DNA of 20,000 nt from an uncultured virus (IMG/VR IMGVR_UViG_3300043430_000167) (Duplodnaviria > Heunggongvirae > Uroviricota > Caudoviricetes). The notes below the pieces were generated by a model. It ran no database searches. It was given only the letters and a program-made list of their open reading frames with translations, and was not told the DNA's origin. Location of the stretch: the IMG/VR virus record IMGVR_UViG_3300043430_000167. One strand, written 5' to 3'. The position numbers were made by a program, and so were the translations under genes. Below are positions 16,298-20,000 of this stretch, piece by piece (within the stretch, counting starts at the first letter, position 1; every line of letters begins with the position of its first letter).

Positions 16298-16654
16298 ATG
16301 ATCGGCGAACTCATCATGCGGTTGTTTCATGCACGGACAGCAGCTCACGTCCTGCATTTGAAATCACGCTCCTACGCGCAACACAAGGCTCTCAACGAGT
16401 TCTACGACGAGGTCGTAGGCCTGGCCGACACCATCGCCGAGGCATGGCAGGGTGCGCACGGTCTCATTTCAGAGTACCCAGGCCGCTTCACTCTGCCCGC
16501 AGAGCCAATTCCCATGCTCGAAGAGCTTTGTGCCTGGGTCAAGAACAACCGGTACAAGGAAGTCGACCGCGCCGAGACGAACATTCAGAACGAGATCGAC
16601 AACGTCGTGACGTTGATCGACTCCAAGCTATACAAGCTGAGGCACCTCAAGTGA
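16298..16654 (+). CDS. Ferritin/Dps-like four-helix protein (DUF5856-like)
   Basis: HVLH...SYAQHKALNEFYDEV..LAD..AEAWQG and C-terminal LYKL resemble Dps-like ferroxidase-site spacing. Confidence 0.8.
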   Translation: MIGELIMRLFHARTAAHVLHLKSRSYAQHKALNEFYDEVVGLADTIAEAWQGAHGLISEYPGRFTLPAEPIPMLEELCAWVKNNRYKEVDRAETNIQNEIDNVVTLIDSKLYKLRHLK

Positions 16655-16872
16655 AAACCCTCTTGATCGACGCAATCGTCGGCGTTGGCTTCCCATCAGC
16701 GCTGCTGGCTGTTGAAGCTGAGCGAGCAGGTATGGCCTCTGGCGGTGAGTGGATGCGAGAGCGGCTTATTCACTGTGAAGAACCCCAGCTTCAGGCTCTC
16801 TATCAGGCTCTGAGAGAAGCTCGTGAAGAGGCTGCAGCCGAGCCGGAAAGTGTGATCATCCATGCCCATTGA
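16651..16872 (+). CDS. Hypothetical protein (73 aa)
   Basis: GTG start with GTGA overlap: MKTLLIDAIVGVGFPSALL...; overlaps the portal start. Confidence 0.7.
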   Translation: MKTLLIDAIVGVGFPSALLAVEAERAGMASGGEWMRERLIHCEEPQLQALYQALREAREEAAAEPESVIIHAH

Positions 16873-19318
16873 TGCCGACAAGACGAACGAGCAGTGGGCG
16901 CGATTCCAGTTCTGCGTATCTGGAGAGGCAAAGGTGGTCACTTCCGTGGGCTACGTGGCCTTGAAGAACATAACCGCTGAGCATTTGGTATTTGACGGTG
17001 TGGAGTTTGTGGCTTGCGACGGGGTGGTGTCAAAAGGGGAGAAGCCCTGCGTTCGAATTGACGGCATAGAGATGACCCCAGACCACAAGGTGTTATCAGA
17101 GGGTGAGTGGGTGGAGGCTCAAACATTCCCGCACCTGGGCCGTGACTATGCGCTGCGCTTCAACGTGGGTTCCAGATCGGTGTTCGACATTCTGAACTGC
17201 GGCCCTCGCGCGCGTTTCGCAGTGGTTGGCGATACAGGCTTGGTGATCGCGCACAACTGTCGTGACAGAGGGCATCTGGATTTCGTCCAGAAAGCCGACA
17301 AGTGTGACAAGTACGTCATTGGCGAGCAGTGGCTCCAGACGGATCTGAACACGCTGCAGCTACAGCGCAGGCCGGCAATCACTGTGAACAAGATTTTGTC
17401 CACGATCAGCACGATCCTGGGTGAGCAGATATACAACCGCACTGAGGTGTTGTTCCGCCCGTCCAACGGTGCGCCGGACGGTGTGGCTGAGGCGCTGAAC
17501 AAGGTGTGGATGCAGATCAGCCAGGACAACCAACTGCCTTGGGTACGCTCTGACGTGTTCTGCGACGGCATCATCCGCTCACGGGGCTTCTACGATGTCC
17601 GCATGGACTTCGCTGACGATATGCAGGGTGAGGTCAGCATAGACCTGCTCAACAGCAAGAACGTCATTGTCGACCCGGATGCCGAGGAATACGACCCGGA
17701 CTATTGGAATGACGTGTTCATCACCAAGTGGCTCACTTGGCAGGATGTGGCGGTCCTCTACAACGAGGAAGACGCGGAGTACCTGCGTGACTTCGACGTG
17801 TCAGGTTACCCGTACGGCTACGACTCTATCGAGCGCGTGCGTGATCGCTTCGCCGGGGCCATACCCATGGGCGGCTACTACGGTGTCGGCGACAGGGTAG
17901 GTGAGCGCCGGAATATCCGCGTGCTGGAGCGCCAGTACCGCAAGCTCGACAAGCAGGAGCACTTTGTCGACGTGGTGACGGGTGACATGCGCCCCATCCC
18001 GCTTGACTGGGACCGCAACCGGATCGCTGCGCTGCTTGAGAAGGCAGGTGGTCAAATCTCAACGGTGAAGAAGCTCATCAAGCGCATCCGCTGGATGGTC
18101 ACTGCAGGCAACGTCGTGCTGCATGACGACTGGAGCCCGTACAAGCACTTCACCGTCGTGCCTTTCTTCCCCCACTTCCGCTACGGCCGCACGGTCGGCA
18201 TTGTCGAGAATCTGCTCGGGCCACAGGAGATACTGAACAAGGTCTCCAGCCAGGAACTGCACATCGTCAACAGCACAGCGAACGGCGGCTGGAAGATTGA
18301 GGAAAACAGCCTCGTCAACATGAGCGTTGAAGAGCTTGAAGTCTCCGGTGCCCAGACAGGGCTCGTCATTGAATACAAGAAAGGTGCTCAGCCGCCTGAG
18401 AAGATCCAGCCAAATCAGACACCGACAGGTCTTGACCGGGTGTCATACAAGGCTGAAGAGCACATCAAGACGATCAGCAACGTCAGTGACTCGATGCAGG
18501 GCTTTGACCGCGAGGACGTAGCTGCCAAGGCTATCGCGTACAAGCGCCAGCAGGGCTCGGTCAATCTGACCAAGGTCATGGACAACCTGCAGCGCACGGA
18601 CTGGATCCTGGCCAGGAACGTGCTGGATCTGGTGCAGCAGTATTACACCGAAGAGCGGGTCATCCACGTCACGCACGAGGATGTCACCCGTGAGGCTGAG
18701 CGGATCACAGTCAATCAGCCTGACCCTTCCACAGGGGCCATCCTGAACGACCTTACGCTGGGTGAGTACAACATAGTCATCACCACCACGCCGTACCGCG
18801 ACAGCCTGGAAGATAGCCAGTTCGAGCAGGCGCGAGCCCTCCGTGAAATGGGTGTGGCGATCCCTGATGACGTGCTTATCGAGAACAGTCGCTTGCAGCG
18901 CCGTCAGGAAATCATCAAGCGCATGGCCGGTGATGAGGCCGCTGCCGCACTCAAGCAGCGGGCAGACGAAGCCAACGTGGCGAACCTGGAAGCAGATGTC
19001 CAGACGAAGCAGGCCGACGTGCTGCTCAAGCAGGCCAAGGCTCAGAAGGAAGCGCAACCAGAAGGCGACCAAGACCCGCAAGCGGAGTTCGACCTCGAAC
19101 GCTACAAGATTGAGCAAGACGCGGCGCTTAAGCGCGAACAGATGGATCAGGAGTTCGCTCTCAAGCGTGAGCAGATGGAGCGCGAATTCGCCCTCAAGCA
19201 AGCCCAAGCAGCCCAGGAAGCTGAGCTGCGTGCGCGCGAAAGCGCCGCACAACAGGAAGCGCAGCGGGCTGCCGCGCTTCGTCAGAGTTCTCAACCCACC
19301 CCCACAAAAGAGGAATGA
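16862..19318 (+). CDS. Portal protein (P22-like), intein-containing
   Basis: GEQW...RRPAITVNKI, DPDA..YD, YGRTVGIVENLLGPQEILNK, long Q/E/A-rich C-terminal helical barrel; position between terminase and scaffold. Confidence 0.9.
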   Translation: MPIDADKTNEQWARFQFCVSGEAKVVTSVGYVALKNITAEHLVFDGVEFVACDGVVSKGEKPCVRIDGIEMTPDHKVLSEGEWVEAQTFPHLGRDYALRFNVGSRSVFDILNCGPRARFAVVGDTGLVIAHNCRDRGHLDFVQKADKCDKYVIGEQWLQTDLNTLQLQRRPAITVNKILSTISTILGEQIYNRTEVLFRPSNGAPDGVAEALNKVWMQISQDNQLPWVRSDVFCDGIIRSRGFYDVRMDFADDMQGEVSIDLLNSKNVIVDPDAEEYDPDYWNDVFITKWLTWQDVAVLYNEEDAEYLRDFDVSGYPYGYDSIERVRDRFAGAIPMGGYYGVGDRVGERRNIRVLERQYRKLDKQEHFVDVVTGDMRPIPLDWDRNRIAALLEKAGGQISTVKKLIKRIRWMVTAGNVVLHDDWSPYKHFTVVPFFPHFRYGRTVGIVENLLGPQEILNKVSSQELHIVNSTANGGWKIEENSLVNMSVEELEVSGAQTGLVIEYKKGAQPPEKIQPNQTPTGLDRVSYKAEEHIKTISNVSDSMQGFDREDVAAKAIAYKRQQGSVNLTKVMDNLQRTDWILARNVLDLVQQYYTEERVIHVTHEDVTREAERITVNQPDPSTGAILNDLTLGEYNIVITTTPYRDSLEDSQFEQARALREMGVAIPDDVLIENSRLQRRQEIIKRMAGDEAAAALKQRADEANVANLEADVQTKQADVLLKQAKAQKEAQPEGDQDPQAEFDLERYKIEQDAALKREQMDQEFALKREQMEREFALKQAQAAQEAELRARESAAQQEAQRAAALRQSSQPTPTKEE
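16913..17257 (+). mobile_element. Mini-intein, 115 aa, no endonuclease
   Basis: Cys1 (CVSGEAKVVT), block B MTPDHKV, block F VFDILNCGP, block G IAHN followed by +1 Cys; removal restores ...WARFQF-CRDRGHLDF. Confidence 0.92.
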
Positions 19319-19320
19319 TC

Positions 19321-20000
19321 ATGCTCGCGGAAGACATTGACCTGGACACAGCTGACCGTGGTAACGACGTAGTGGGCGCTGTAGAGGCGCCGGACCGCAC
19401 GGACACCGACGCACAGGCTGAGAAGGATCTGGCCGACCTCAAGCAAGAGGCTGTTGAAGAAAAGGTCGAAGAGAAAGCCGACGACACTCCCGAAGACAAA
19501 CCCCGGAATGACAAGGGTCAGTTTGAGGCCAAGATCCCCAAGTCGCGTTTCGACGAGGCGGTGGGCAAGGAGCGCGCAGCCCGTGAGGCGGCTGAGCAGC
19601 GCTTGGCCGAGGCTGAGCGCAAGCTCAACGAGCGTGAGGCGGAGCAGGCGAAGAGCGTCAAGTTCGACGAGATGGAAGAGGCAATCTCGGAGCTTGAGAA
19701 GAAGCACACGAAGCTGCTGCTTGATGGAAACGAAGACGAGGCGGCGAAGGTGATGAAGCAGATTCGCCACTCTGAGCGCCAACTGGCTGCAGCAGAGGGT
19801 GAGGCCCGTGCAGTCGCGCGAGTCTCCGAGACCCTTGAGCGAGAGCGCCTGAACCTTGTTGTTGCTCAGCTGCAGGCGGACCACCCGGTTCTCAACGACA
19901 AGTCGGAAGAGTACGACGACGACATCACTGAGTTCGTGCTTGCTAAGCAACGGACCCTGATGAACAAAGAAGGGCTCAGCCCGTCTGTGGCGTTGAAGCG
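19321..20000 (+). CDS. Probable head scaffolding protein (truncated by window end)
   Basis: Open frame from ATG 19321 (AGAGGA SD) to the edge: acidic N-terminus, RNDKGQF, IPKSRFDE, then coiled coil; directly after the portal. Confidence 0.75.
   Translation, partial: MLAEDIDLDTADRGNDVVGAVEAPDRTDTDAQAEKDLADLKQEAVEEKVEEKADDTPEDKPRNDKGQFEAKIPKSRFDEAVGKERAAREAAEQRLAEAERKLNEREAEQAKSVKFDEMEEAISELEKKHTKLLLDGNEDEAAKVMKQIRHSERQLAAAEGEARAVARVSETLERERLNLVVAQLQADHPVLNDKSEEYDDDITEFVLAKQRTLMNKEGLSPSVALK

Overview
A segment of a tailed dsDNA bacteriophage (or prophage) genome with two divergent arms meeting at about 10.0-10.9 kb. The left arm is on the minus strand. It carries small early genes, a candidate replication origin, a primase-helicase, a DEDDh exonuclease, a ~750-nt non-coding array of structured repeats, dUTPase, an HNH endonuclease, a Cas4-like PD-(D/E)XK nuclease, and an SF2/SNF2-like helicase interrupted by a LAGLIDADG intein that runs off the window edge. 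The right arm is on the plus strand. It carries an HNH endonuclease, terminase small and large subunits, small genes, an 866-aa mosaic protein, a ferritin/Dps-like protein, a P22-like portal with a 115-aa mini-intein, and a probable scaffold protein truncated at the edge. The most unusual items are (i) the intergenic array at 2911-3656, in which a conserved ~36-nt hairpin unit is repeated and each copy is followed by a different stem-closed structured domain, and (ii) the very short intein in the portal. All functional calls come from motifs read by eye; no searches were run.
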